Shown here: in pieces, positions 38,801-48,599 of the stretch
Layout: each line of letters starts with the position of its first letter
Numbering within the stretch: position 1 is the first letter of the stretch
NCBI GenBank assembly: GCA_020059915.1
Contig: JAGVBB010000003.1
Coordinates: forward strand, 160,610 to 224,609
From: Minisyncoccota bacterium
Lineage (GTDB): Bacteria; Patescibacteriota; Minisyncoccia; UBA6257; GWB1-50-10
Direction: 5' to 3'
DNA length: 64,000 bases
Position numbers and translations under genes: made by a program
Notes under the pieces: generated by a model
Database searches by the model: none
What the model was told of the DNA's origin: nothing
The model's input: only the letters and a program-made list of their open reading frames with translations

Positions 38801-39223
38801 TTAGTCTTTTTTTGTTTTTAAAAAATAGATCAATAAAAATAGAATACTAATTCCTAAGGCCTGCTGGTATGTTCTCGTTGAGTCTGTTTTAATCGAACCT
38901 AAAAAAAGATTTTTTTGCTCTCCCTCTTCTAACTTATCTGCAAGTTCTTTACATTTTTGTGAAATTGGAGAAAAATGTGAAACACACAATTCAAATGAAT
39001 TACCTACGTAATTCATTTGAATATGCAAAACTGGAAAAAATAAACGTAAAACTATTAATAAAGTGCCAAAAACCAAAACTGTTTTTGGCTTTATATTTTT
39101 AAAAAATTCAAGAAGAAATTCCCAACCAATAATAATTTGAAGAACAAAAAGCAAAAATAGGTTCTCTGGTGTGACTTTTTTTCCTCCACTTTTTATTTTT
39201 TCTAATAAATCTATTTTCTTCAT
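38801..39223 (-). CDS. Hypothetical membrane protein
   Basis: Start moved to ATG 39223 just past tRNA-Val; 3 TM helices. Confidence 0.6.
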   Translation of the reverse strand: MKKIDLLEKIKSGGKKVTPENLFLLFVLQIIIGWEFLLEFFKNIKPKTVLVFGTLLIVLRLFFPVLHIQMNYVGNSFELCVSHFSPISQKCKELADKLEEGEQKNLFLGSIKTDSTRTYQQALGISILFLLIYFLKTKKD

Positions 39224-39229
39224 AACTCG

Positions 39230-39303
39230 TGGGCAATACTGGACTCGAACCAGTGACCTTTGCAATGTGAATGCAACGCTCTAACCAACTGAGCTAATTG
39301 CCC
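39230..39303 (-). tRNA. tRNA-Val(CAC)
   Basis: GGGCAATTAGCTCAGTTGGTTAGAGCGTTGCATTCACATTGCAA...GGTTCGAGTCCAGTATTGCCCA. Confidence 0.95.
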
Positions 39304-39343
39304 CTAGAACTTGTTTATACTATCATCCAAGCCCATCAAACTC

Positions 39344-39375
39344 AAACCCCGCCACTCCATGGAGTGGCGGGGTTT
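39344..39375. terminator. Perfect palindrome after rplL (CCCGC-CATG-GCGGG family)
   Basis: AAACCCCGCCACTCCATGGAGTGGCGGGGTTT. Confidence 0.75.
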
Positions 39376-39407
39376 TCTAATAGCTAAACCCTAATCACTA
39401 GTGACTA

Positions 39408-39767
39408 TTATTTAAGTTCAACTACTGCACCTGCTGCTTCAAGAGTCTTCTTGAGCTCTTCTGCCTCTTCTTTCTTCATCCCCTTCTTCACCTCCTTTGG
39501 AGCTCCTTCAACCAAATCCTTTGCCTCTTTAAGACCAAGTCCAGTTGCCTCTTTGATGATCTTGATAACATTGATCTTCTGTTCGCCACCATTTGAGAGA
39601 ACAACATCCCACGATGTCTTCTCTTCTACTGCTGCCACTGCAGGTCCTGCTACTGCCATCGCTGCTGCTGAAACACCAAACTTCTCTTCGAGTGCTTTTA
39701 CTAATTCTGAAAGCTCAAGCACTGTAAGCTTTTCAACCTCTTCAATAATTTTGTTAAATTTTTCCAT
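39408..39767 (-). CDS. rplL: 50S ribosomal protein L7/L12
   Basis: [23 protein letters not shown]. Confidence 0.98.
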   Translation of the reverse strand: MEKFNKIIEEVEKLTVLELSELVKALEEKFGVSAAAMAVAGPAVAAVEEKTSWDVVLSNGGEQKINVIKIIKEATGLGLKEAKDLVEGAPKEVKKGMKKEEAEELKKTLEAAGAVVELK

Positions 39768-39780
39768 ATTATTATTTAAT

Positions 39781-40269
39781 TTACGACTTTTTTGCTTTTT
39801 CTTGTAAAACTACCATAAATGAACGAATTGGGGTTCCCAACATATATACCAACTGACCCAACAACACTTCTCTTCCAGGAAGTTGTCCAATTGCCTTCGT
39901 ATCGTTTGCACTAATAAAGCTTTTTTCAAGAACATTAAAACCACCCAATATTTTGAGTTTGTTTTGAACTTTTGAAAATTTATATACAACACCGGCAGTT
40001 TCCACCATATCTTTTGGAGAAAAAACTACGCCGGCTTGCCCCGCAAAGTTAGATGGAGTAAACTCCATTCCCTCTTTCTCAAAGACATATTTTAACAAAC
40101 GTTTCTTGAACACGGACATTGTTCCACCCAAATCAAACACATTCTTTCGAAGTGTATTCATTTCATTTGCAGAAAGACCGGTAAAATCAGTAATAACTAC
40201 TGACTGAGCATTTTTTAATGTCACCGCCCCTTCTTCAATTTGTGTTAATTTTTGTTTCTTTGTTTTCAT
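39781..40269 (-). CDS. rplJ: 50S ribosomal protein L10
   Basis: [26 protein letters not shown]; upstream of rplL. Confidence 0.95.
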   Translation of the reverse strand: MKTKKQKLTQIEEGAVTLKNAQSVVITDFTGLSANEMNTLRKNVFDLGGTMSVFKKRLLKYVFEKEGMEFTPSNFAGQAGVVFSPKDMVETAGVVYKFSKVQNKLKILGGFNVLEKSFISANDTKAIGQLPGREVLLGQLVYMLGTPIRSFMVVLQEKAKKS

Positions 40270-40306
40270 GTTTTTTTGTTTGAGCGAAGCGAAATGACAA
40301 AATAAC

Positions 40307-40584
40307 ACCCCGTGAGATAACTACTACCCATCATTTTTTATTCGTTGTTTTATATATCGTTTACCCCACGCAGACTTCAGATAAAGTTCACGAGCATGAA
40401 TATCCTTACTATTTCTACTTGCTTCATAATAAACAAGTTCTAATGGTAAACGATTTTTTGTACTTTGAACTCTACCACTACAATGTTCATCAAAACGCTT
40501 CTTAAGATCACTAGTCTTACCTACATAAAAATTCTGATCTTTTGCGCTTCTAAGAACATACACATAGTACATATCTCACGGGGT
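40307..40584. mobile_element. Inverted-repeat-bounded GIY-YIG mini-element
   Basis: ACCCCGTGAGATA (40307-40319) / TATCTCACGGGGT (40572-40584), perfect 13-bp IR tightly enclosing the nuclease gene. Confidence 0.75.
40324..40572 (-). CDS. Small GIY-YIG nuclease (82 aa)
   Basis: MYYVYVL..FYVGKTSDLKKRFDEH..ST..RLPLELVYYE..ARELYLKS. Confidence 0.92.
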   Translation of the reverse strand: MYYVYVLRSAKDQNFYVGKTSDLKKRFDEHCSGRVQSTKNRLPLELVYYEASRNSKDIHARELYLKSAWGKRYIKQRIKNDG

Positions 40585-40636
40585 TAATTTTATCGTACTT
40601 CGTACTCAAAATTAAAAAACGGCTACGACCTTTATG

Positions 40637-40737
40637 CCGTAGACGTATACTCACACATGAGTATTGGTCTTTTCCTCGGTAGGACTTATGATGTATCTCT
40701 CAGTTTTGTCTTGAGATACTCAACCTACGGTCTACGG
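40637..40737 (-). ncRNA. Ribosomal protein L10 leader
   Basis: CCGTAGACCGTAGGT...hairpin...AAGTCCTACCGAGG...TCTACGG matches the L10 leader pattern; upstream of rplJ-rplL. Confidence 0.8.
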
Positions 40738-40775
40738 ATATATGTACATATTACCCAATTTCCCCAAAAAGTCAA

Positions 40776-41879
40776 TTATAGTTCCCCTTCTAATTTCTCG
40801 AGTAATTCTTGCGCTTTTTTAGAAAGATGTTTCGGTGTTTTGAAAGTAATAGTTACAAAACAATCACCCCGTGATGCACCAAAAACACCTGGACGTGGCA
40901 TCCCCCTTCCTGTGACACGAAGTGGGGTTTTTATGTTAAATCCTTCTGGAACTTGTATAGAATATAAAGACCCATCGATATCTTTCATTGAGATATTTTT
41001 ACCTAAAAGGATGTCAGTGATGGGAACTTCTTTTGTGGTATATAAATCAGTTTTTACTCGCTCAAAATCTTTATGTGGTTTTATACGAATAACAATATAT
41101 AGATCACCACTGGGAGACCCAGTCTCACCGGCACCACCCTGTCCAGCGTATTTCATAATCTGACCATCTTCAATTCCTCTTGGAATATCAATAACAACCT
41201 CCTTCTTTCCAACAGTTCTTCCCATCCCATTACATTCTTTACAAGATTCATTGGGAATTTCACCATTTCCCTTACACGATGAGCAGACACGAACTGATGC
41301 AATAGTTCCTAATATGGTTCTTTTTTCTTCTCGTACTTGCCCCTTACCATGACAGACATGACATTGTTTTGTTCCTTTTTTTGCATGATACCCCTTTCCT
41401 GAACACACGGAACATGTTGAATGGGTCTCAAAGTGAATCTTCTTTTTAATTCCAGAAAATGATTCTTCTAATGTTATCGTTTCTGTAAATTCCATATCAG
41501 ATCCGCGTGAACGAGTTTTTGTGTGGCGACTCCCACCAAAAGGGTTTCCCCCAAACATCGCCTCAAAAATATCACCCATATCACCAGCATCAAAATTCAC
41601 ATTAAATCCACCATTTTGAAATCCACCCCATCCAGCAAATGGATTTTCACCTCCTGGCATTCCAGCTCCATCAAATGTCTGCCCAAACTGGTCATACTGT
41701 GATCGCTTTTCTTTACTAGAAAGAACCTGGTATGCCTCATTTATTTCTTTAAATTTTTGTTCATCACCACCCGATTTATCTGGGTGGTGTTGGTGGGCAA
41801 GTTTTCTGAATGCTTTTTTAATTTCTTCTTCGCTGGCGTTTTTTGAAACACCAAGTATTTTATAATAATCCTTTGACAT
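40776..41879 (-). CDS. dnaJ: Chaperone DnaJ
   Basis: J-domain HPD, G/F region, four CxxCxGxG motifs. Confidence 0.97.
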   Translation of the reverse strand: MSKDYYKILGVSKNASEEEIKKAFRKLAHQHHPDKSGGDEQKFKEINEAYQVLSSKEKRSQYDQFGQTFDGAGMPGGENPFAGWGGFQNGGFNVNFDAGDMGDIFEAMFGGNPFGGSRHTKTRSRGSDMEFTETITLEESFSGIKKKIHFETHSTCSVCSGKGYHAKKGTKQCHVCHGKGQVREEKRTILGTIASVRVCSSCKGNGEIPNESCKECNGMGRTVGKKEVVIDIPRGIEDGQIMKYAGQGGAGETGSPSGDLYIVIRIKPHKDFERVKTDLYTTKEVPITDILLGKNISMKDIDGSLYSIQVPEGFNIKTPLRVTGRGMPRPGVFGASRGDCFVTITFKTPKHLSKKAQELLEKLEGEL

Positions 41880-41885
41880 ATCGTA

Positions 41886-42935
41886 TTACGGTAAAATTAC
41901 AAACTCTCTTGTTCTTGTTTCATATCCGGGAACAGCAAAATTCGCGACAACAAGAAGTTTAAATATAAGAAACGCAAGAAGGTTGATAATCCAATATACA
42001 AGAAACGCAAATCCCTTAACCACCAAAAAGAGTAGAACGGTTGCCATAATTCCTAAAATGGTTCTCATATTTGGCGTGAGTGTATCCAACCACTCATTCA
42101 AAAATCTATATAATTCATCACTTACTGTTGCATTTTGATTGAGCGGACCAACTTTTTCTTCAACTTTTTTTTGTAATTCTGAAGATAATGTTCCCATAAT
42201 CTTCACCTGCATTTCCAATGGAAGTTCCTTTAATCCATCACGAATGTTTACCGGCACCCCATTTATAGTAACCTCCGGATTCTTTTTAATTTGTGATGTG
42301 GTAAGCGCAGAAAAGAATTCTCCAACCGTTTGGTCGGTCGAAATATCAGAATACCAAAGATGAACAATAGGTTCAGACGAACGTAAACTTTCATCAAATA
42401 TTCCCCGCGCCATTGTCTCATTGATAGACCCCCAAAGAAAATATTGGGCATAAAATAACACGCTTGCGAGAATAAGAAATCCAGTCACTAGTTTTGGCGT
42501 AACAACTTTTGTTATCTCAAAAAACCTCATCTTTATACTATTGCGAAACCGAGATACTCCCCTCCCAATACCCAACAAAAGAAAAATAAAAAATAAGAAA
42601 AATCCTCCAAGCAAAACTTCAATATGGGGTCCCTTGAAGTAAGAGAAAAAGAATATCAAGGGAAAAAATGCTTCTGCAAAAACCACCCCAAACGTAATCG
42701 CAAAATGCTTTACAAAAAATACTAAAAATATATTAAGTATCAACAATGCAAGCATTCCAAACAACGAGAACCAAAGAAATGCATATTGGAATGTTAAAAG
42801 AAACTGATTAAACTCATATACAGTAAATATACTTACCGCAACTGCAATAACACCTAATAATGTTATTTTAAGAGTATTATAGTCAGTCTCCTCTATTTTT
42901 GATTGGCTAACTATTTCCGGTGCTTGGTTGATCAT
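41886..42935 (-). CDS. Multi-pass membrane protein of unknown function
   Basis: Several TM helices and a soluble loop; likely start MINQAPE overlaps the dnaK end. Confidence 0.75.
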   Translation of the reverse strand: MINQAPEIVSQSKIEETDYNTLKITLLGVIAVAVSIFTVYEFNQFLLTFQYAFLWFSLFGMLALLILNIFLVFFVKHFAITFGVVFAEAFFPLIFFFSYFKGPHIEVLLGGFFLFFIFLLLGIGRGVSRFRNSIKMRFFEITKVVTPKLVTGFLILASVLFYAQYFLWGSINETMARGIFDESLRSSEPIVHLWYSDISTDQTVGEFFSALTTSQIKKNPEVTINGVPVNIRDGLKELPLEMQVKIMGTLSSELQKKVEEKVGPLNQNATVSDELYRFLNEWLDTLTPNMRTILGIMATVLLFLVVKGFAFLVYWIINLLAFLIFKLLVVANFAVPGYETRTREFVILP

Positions 42936-44805
42936 TGTCGGTTTTTTCAGTTGGTTTCTCTTCCTCCTTATTATCTTTATACAAGATTTCACCGATCTTT
43001 TGTAGTTCTGTGGAAAGCTCCTGGGTTGCTGATTCAATTGGTTCTTTTTCTGAACCATCTTTAGCACTCTTGAGATTTGCTATTTTTGCTTCTATCAAGT
43101 TCTTCAATTCTGCGGGAACTTTTTCTCCAGCGTCTTTTAATGATTTTTCTGCAGTGTAAATTAATGTTTCTGCATGATTTTTTGCCTCAATAACTCCTCG
43201 CTTCTTTTCGTCCTCTGCTGCATGTGCAACTGCCTCTTGTTTTAGTCGCTCAATTTCCTCCTTTGAAAGCGCTGTTGATGCCTCTATCTTTACTGACTGC
43301 GTTTTTCCACTTGCCTTATCTTTTGCTGAAACATTTAAAATGCCATTTGCATCAATATCAAACGTCACCTCAATTTGTGGAACTCCCCTTGGTGATGGTG
43401 GAATTCCATCAAGAATAAATCTTGCAAGTGTCTTGTTGTCTGCCATCATCGGACGTTCTCCCTGACCAATATGTATTTCCACTGATGTTTGATTGTCTCC
43501 AGCTGTTGAAAACACCTGTGATTTTGTTGTTGGGATTGTGGTGTTTTTTGGAATCATTGGGGTTGCCACACTTCCCAATGTCTCAATCGAGAGGGTAAGT
43601 GGAGTAACATCAAGAAGGAGAATATCTTTTACATCTCCTTGAAGTATTCCTGCCTGAACAGCTGCACCAATAGACACAACCTCGTCTGGATTAATTCCTT
43701 TATGTGGTTCCTTTTCGAATAAATTTTTAACCGCTTCTTGAATGGCTGGCATACGCGTCTGTCCGCCAACAAGGACCACCTCATTAATATCAGACAACTT
43801 TAGTCCTGCTCCTTTTGGTGCTGGTGCGGTAACTGCCTCTTTTACCAAAGAGATCGAACGATCAATATATTCACGCACTAAATCTTCTAGCTTTGCGCGA
43901 GTGAGCTTTAAAAGAAAATGTTTCGGACCAGAAGCATCAGAAGTGATGTAAGGAAGATTTATTTCTGTCTCCATAGCGGTTGAAAGCTCATGTTTTGCAC
44001 GTTCTGCAGATTCCTTCAAACGTTGTAGCGCTAATGGATCATTTGAAATATCAACTCCTTCTGTTTTTTTATATTCCTGCACAAGATATTCAATAATTTT
44101 CTTATCAAAATCATCTCCACCAAGATGTGTGTCTCCCCCCGTTGATTTAACCTCAACTGTCTGTTCTTTTGATTCCGCATCATATCCAATTTCAAGAATG
44201 GAAATATCAAATGTTCCACCACCAAAATCATATACTGCAATTTTTTCATTCTTCATTTTATTCGCACCATATGCGAACGCTGCAGCTGTTGGCTCATTAA
44301 TAATTCTACGCACAGTAAATCCGGCAATCTCTCCAGCATTTTTTGTTGCCTGACGCTGTGAATCATCAAAATACGCAGGAACAGTAATAATTGCTTCAGT
44401 AATTGGCTCGCCAACTTTTGCCTCTGCATCTGCTTTTAGTTTTTGTAATACCATAGCAGAAATTTCTTCTGGAGTGTGCCAGCGATCTCCCATTTTTACC
44501 TCAACTCCACCCTGTCCTGATTGACGAATTTCATATGGAAGCCATTGATTGTCACGCTGCACTTCTTCGTCTGTCCACTTCCTTCCAATCAATCGCTTCA
44601 CTGAGGATATAGTATTTTTTGGATTTACTACCCCCTGTCTTTTTGCTAATAATCCGACCAAGCGCTCATTCGCCTTTGAAAGAGCAACTATGGATGGCGT
44701 GGTGCGATTTCCTTCTTGATTTTCAAGAACCTTGGGCTCTCCACCCTCCATAACCGCCATTGCTGAATTTGTTGTACCGAGATCTATTCCTAAAATTTTT
44801 GACAT
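42907..44805 (-). CDS. dnaK: Chaperone DnaK
   Basis: [29 protein letters not shown]. Confidence 0.98.
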   Translation of the reverse strand: MSKILGIDLGTTNSAMAVMEGGEPKVLENQEGNRTTPSIVALSKANERLVGLLAKRQGVVNPKNTISSVKRLIGRKWTDEEVQRDNQWLPYEIRQSGQGGVEVKMGDRWHTPEEISAMVLQKLKADAEAKVGEPITEAIITVPAYFDDSQRQATKNAGEIAGFTVRRIINEPTAAAFAYGANKMKNEKIAVYDFGGGTFDISILEIGYDAESKEQTVEVKSTGGDTHLGGDDFDKKIIEYLVQEYKKTEGVDISNDPLALQRLKESAERAKHELSTAMETEINLPYITSDASGPKHFLLKLTRAKLEDLVREYIDRSISLVKEAVTAPAPKGAGLKLSDINEVVLVGGQTRMPAIQEAVKNLFEKEPHKGINPDEVVSIGAAVQAGILQGDVKDILLLDVTPLTLSIETLGSVATPMIPKNTTIPTTKSQVFSTAGDNQTSVEIHIGQGERPMMADNKTLARFILDGIPPSPRGVPQIEVTFDIDANGILNVSAKDKASGKTQSVKIEASTALSKEEIERLKQEAVAHAAEDEKKRGVIEAKNHAETLIYTAEKSLKDAGEKVPAELKNLIEAKIANLKSAKDGSEKEPIESATQELSTELQKIGEILYKDNKEEEKPTEKTDNDQPSTGNS

Positions 44806-44891
44806 ATACTTTGTAACCGACAACGTGAGACATACAACTTACAACAAATTTGTTTTGGTTGTATGAATGTAGTTGTGATTGAATTAATTGT

Positions 44892-45389
44892 TTATTGTTT
44901 ATTGTTTATTTCCTTCGAACCTTTTGAAATTTTTACTTTTGTGGGACGTAATACCTTCCCATCAAGCATATACCCGATATTCACCTCCTCTATAATCACC
45001 CCTTCTGGATATTCTGATTTCTCTTCTCCAATTGCTTCATGAAGCGACGGATTAAATATATCTCCCACGCACACTGATATCCTTTCTAGCCCATATCTTT
45101 TTATAACATCCTCAAGTTGCATCTTGATAAGCTCCATACCCTTTTTAGATTGTTCATCACTTACTGAGCTTATTCCTAATTCAAAACTATCAAGCACAGG
45201 AAGAACATCTAATATCAACATCTCCTTTACCACACCGCCCAACTTTCTTATTCGTTCTGTTTCCTCCTGTTTGTAATTGATGAAATCCGCTTTTGCTCTT
45301 TTCCAACCATCTAAATATTCATCCCGTTCCTTCTTCACAACATCAAGATCATCTTGAATATTATTTATTTCTTTTTCTTCTTTATTCAT
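44892..45389 (-). CDS. grpE: Nucleotide exchange factor GrpE
   Basis: RAKADFINY, FNPSLHEA, GYMLDGKVLRP. Confidence 0.96.
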   Translation of the reverse strand: MNKEEKEINNIQDDLDVVKKERDEYLDGWKRAKADFINYKQEETERIRKLGGVVKEMLILDVLPVLDSFELGISSVSDEQSKKGMELIKMQLEDVIKRYGLERISVCVGDIFNPSLHEAIGEEKSEYPEGVIIEEVNIGYMLDGKVLRPTKVKISKGSKEINNKQ

Positions 45390-45395
45390 AGTATG

Positions 45396-46073
45396 TTATT
45401 CGTTTGATAATAATTTCATAATTCCAATTGCTTCTTCATAATCCATTCGTTTTGGTCCGATCGAAAAGATAACGATATTACCATCTTCATTCGAAATTTT
45501 TCCTGCCACAACAGAAAGATCTTTGCTTTTAGTAATAGGGCTTTCACCAATAAAAACCCGAGGCCAAAAAGATTCACTTTGTATCCATTCCCTATGTTTT
45601 TGTATCCTCTCTCCAATCGCTTCGAAATCATTCAATACAGAAAGTATTTCTTCTTTTGCGGATGATGGCATTCGTTCAATTAACTCACACAATCCAGATT
45701 CTATGATCGTGTTTTCATACGTATTAAATCCAACGGAAAGCACTCCTAAATGACGCGATATATCATCAATAAATCCTTTAAAATCATCTTCAATTTTTTC
45801 CTCATCAATCCATCTATGTTCTTTTTTTGATTTTTTCTCAATAACACTGTCAACAAAATATTTATATGCTTTGTCAGTTGGATATCTTCCTCCTGAAGGG
45901 TGTGTCTGATAGAAAAAACCATCATTCGAGAGATCTCCAAGTTCAAGACGTATCATTGCCGGCTTGATACCAAAATCATATACGTCATACAAAACCTCCG
46001 AGGTTATTGGTTTCCCCGTTTTTATAAATTCCCTAACAGATGCTTCCAATATTGATTGAGTTCTGTCCCTCAT
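45396..46073 (-). CDS. hrcA: Heat-inducible repressor HrcA (short)
   Basis: PAMIRLEL..L...G...QTHPSGGRYPTDKAY; GPKRMDYE; CIRCE upstream. Confidence 0.92.
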   Translation of the reverse strand: MRDRTQSILEASVREFIKTGKPITSEVLYDVYDFGIKPAMIRLELGDLSNDGFFYQTHPSGGRYPTDKAYKYFVDSVIEKKSKKEHRWIDEEKIEDDFKGFIDDISRHLGVLSVGFNTYENTIIESGLCELIERMPSSAKEEILSVLNDFEAIGERIQKHREWIQSESFWPRVFIGESPITKSKDLSVVAGKISNEDGNIVIFSIGPKRMDYEEAIGIMKLLSNE

Positions 46074-46080
46074 CTCAACC

Positions 46081-46115
46081 ATTATAAATTAGCACTCAAT
46101 GATGTCAAGTGCCAA
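46081..46115 (-). promoter_or_regulatory. CIRCE operator overlapping a sigma70 promoter
   Basis: TTAGCACTC-N9-AAGTGCCAA at 46089-46115; minus strand TTGACA-N16-TATAAT ends 7 nt before ATG 46073. Confidence 0.9.
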
Positions 46116-46931
46116 TTAGGGACAGGTAACACTTGCTGTCGTGAGAGTCCCCCCATTAGCAACCGTGACCCGATAACAGGTAGCATCAGGCGCTTTTAAG
46201 ATGATTCCTTTAGCCGAATCCATAAACGACACATCACCATTTACCTTAATTCCAGACGCAAGACCGGAAATATCTGATGGCTGAGTCCCCACCCCCAGTT
46301 TTCCGATAATATTTACCGCCCCCTCAAAAAAAGCATTTTTCCATGTCGATCCAGTTCCCCCAAGGTTCAACACATTTGATGTATTAGGAAGTAAATCTGA
46401 ATCGAATGTTGCTGCAGAAATTCTCGTTATTGCTCCACGCCAAAATCTAGTAACCCTTGCTCTATCTACTGTCGTATTTGTTGAAAGAGCAAGATCAATT
46501 TGTATAATGGCATTTCCTCCAGGATTTTCAAATTTTGTTGCAGAAAAAGAATCAACAACAACTTTGTTATTAGTGAGTTGTACCGCTTGGTTTGTTCCTT
46601 GTTGTAACATAATTGCACCTGCTGTTTGATCCCAATAAACGCGTGTTGGATCTGTTGAAGATGCAGTAGTACGGAGCAATATAGTGGAGCTTGCAACCCC
46701 AGCATTATTTTCAATCAAACTCGCTTCCCGTACAAAACGTTGTGTCGTATTACTCACAAAAGAAATTTGTTGTGCCACTTCATTTGTTGATGTCTGTTTT
46801 ATCTGAGTCTGAGTAATTGATGTAAGAATATTAACTAAAAAAACGGCGCTCACAGAAAAGATTGCCGCATAAATAAGAAGCTCAATAAGAGTGAAACCAG
46901 AATTTCTATCCTTGAATCTCAATAGCTCCAT
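46116..46931 (-). CDS. Type IV prepilin-like protein with extended C-terminus
   Basis: G|FTLIELLIY cleavage/methylation motif plus hydrophobic helix. Confidence 0.88.
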   Translation of the reverse strand: MELLRFKDRNSGFTLIELLIYAAIFSVSAVFLVNILTSITQTQIKQTSTNEVAQQISFVSNTTQRFVREASLIENNAGVASSTILLRTTASSTDPTRVYWDQTAGAIMLQQGTNQAVQLTNNKVVVDSFSATKFENPGGNAIIQIDLALSTNTTVDRARVTRFWRGAITRISAATFDSDLLPNTSNVLNLGGTGSTWKNAFFEGAVNIIGKLGVGTQPSDISGLASGIKVNGDVSFMDSAKGIILKAPDATCYRVTVANGGTLTTASVTCP

Positions 46932-46951
46932 TATATTTAGTATACTAAACA

Positions 46952-47737
46952 TCATTTAAAATACACACGGTTTGATACACGTAAATCAATATAGGTAAGT
47001 TTTTCAAGTTGTGTCCTCTCAAAGACACCCTTGAATACTGAATCAAGATCTTCCGGGATGGTATTAAAACTAAAGCGGACAGAAAATCCATTTGGCGCTA
47101 CTGTCGCCCACTCTTTGAGCTCTTTATTTTGTAAGACAACCTCGGAAACAGGAATATTATTTTTTTTCACATGCTCTACTGCGTGGCTCATTAATCGAAA
47201 TTCCTCACTACTCAACACTGAAGATCCAAGAGAAACGGGTGTATTATTTTCATCCCGAATTTTTAGTATAAGAGAACCAGAGACATCAGGAGCATGTGCG
47301 AACAATATTCCATCTTCATCAAATACAAAACAGCCATTTAAAACACACCACACCCCCCTCATCACTCTCGGGGTTACGTCTGCGATAACCGTTTTTTCCT
47401 CAATATTACTAGTTACATTAATCGACGAGGCAAGAGGAAGAAATGAGGGAGATTTTATTTCCCCGTCATGACTCATCCAAAAAACAATTCTGTCGTGCGC
47501 TGGGGAAAAAAATGAATCCTGTGATGTTGCATAGTCCATAATTGCACTACGCACCTCTTCTACATCAGAAACACCTCGCACTAAAAACTCATTAACCCTA
47601 AACAGCGGGCTCCAATAATATAAATAAGCAAAAAAACCAAATATACAAAGGATGGTAAAAGTGATAATAAGAGTAATATGCACCCTTCTTTTTTTTGAAC
47701 CTGATTTATCTGTCTTAACAAATACTTGATCTTTCAT
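46952..47737 (-). CDS. FtsQ/DivIB-like protein
   Basis: TM helix, SPLFRV POTRA-like start, C-terminal YIDLR..NRVYFK. Confidence 0.8.
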   Translation of the reverse strand: MKDQVFVKTDKSGSKKRRVHITLIITFTILCIFGFFAYLYYWSPLFRVNEFLVRGVSDVEEVRSAIMDYATSQDSFFSPAHDRIVFWMSHDGEIKSPSFLPLASSINVTSNIEEKTVIADVTPRVMRGVWCVLNGCFVFDEDGILFAHAPDVSGSLILKIRDENNTPVSLGSSVLSSEEFRLMSHAVEHVKKNNIPVSEVVLQNKELKEWATVAPNGFSVRFSFNTIPEDLDSVFKGVFERTQLEKLTYIDLRVSNRVYFK

Positions 47738-47745
47738 TGGAATAA

Positions 47746-48435
47746 TTAATACACACGTATAGGAAATGAATACTCCGTTGTAGTTGATCCACTAGTAATC
47801 AAAAATTTTACACTATAATCCCCTTTGTGTTTCCAAGTATGACTTATTAGTTTTATATTTCCACTTGTTCCACTTCCCACGTCTTTATTTCCGTCTCCCC
47901 AATCAACTTCATATGAAACATTAGAGTTTATAGAAAATACCATAGGCGTGTCCTCTCCGACAATAATAGATGTGGATGATGGCGGTTGGAAATAAACAGA
48001 ACTTGTTGGTGCTGGAATCTCATTTGAATTTACGGAAGATCCACCCTGGTAATAGTTTTGAATAATACTTGGAACAGTAACAGGATTTATTTTTATGACA
48101 TCGGTTCCAGCAAGACTATTTCCAAGATTTGCAATAGTATCTCCAAGTGAAGATACTCCCTCTCCTATTTTTTCTTTAACAAAATCAAGGATTCCATTTT
48201 TTGCCTCTTCAACTACCTGATCGGTATATTCTTCCGCTTTTTCTTTTATTTCTGCGGTTTGCCCCTCTACAAAACTTTTTGCTTTCTGGGTCGTACTTGC
48301 GACCGTCCCCTGCACATTATCAGTTTTTGATTTCAACAAATCAGTATCCCACCATTTCGTATATGTCTGGTATCCAAAATACCCAACCACAGAGAGGATA
48401 ATTACCCACAATACAAATTTTACAAATCCATTCAC
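47746..48435 (-). CDS. Membrane-anchored PKD-domain protein
   Basis: YEVDWGDG...SHTWKHKGDYSV. Confidence 0.75.
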   Translation of the reverse strand: MNGFVKFVLWVIILSVVGYFGYQTYTKWWDTDLLKSKTDNVQGTVASTTQKAKSFVEGQTAEIKEKAEEYTDQVVEEAKNGILDFVKEKIGEGVSSLGDTIANLGNSLAGTDVIKINPVTVPSIIQNYYQGGSSVNSNEIPAPTSSVYFQPPSSTSIIVGEDTPMVFSINSNVSYEVDWGDGNKDVGSGTSGNIKLISHTWKHKGDYSVKFLITSGSTTTEYSFPIRVY

Positions 48436-48599
48436 ATACTTATTTTAGCACGAATGAGTATATATGTTGTCCTCCATATAAAAACAATCCAACATAAATA
48501 TTGGACTGTTTTTTATAATATGTAATTATCTAATTTTTCAGCCCTGGACTAATCCACCTCGGGCGGAATATTTTGAGATCGTTTAGAGTCTAGTATTTT

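Noticed and set aside
40657-41163. Plus-strand 168-aa ORF and other long antisense ORFs over core genes
   Set aside because: Shadow frames of dnaJ, the L10 leader and other well-supported minus-strand genes
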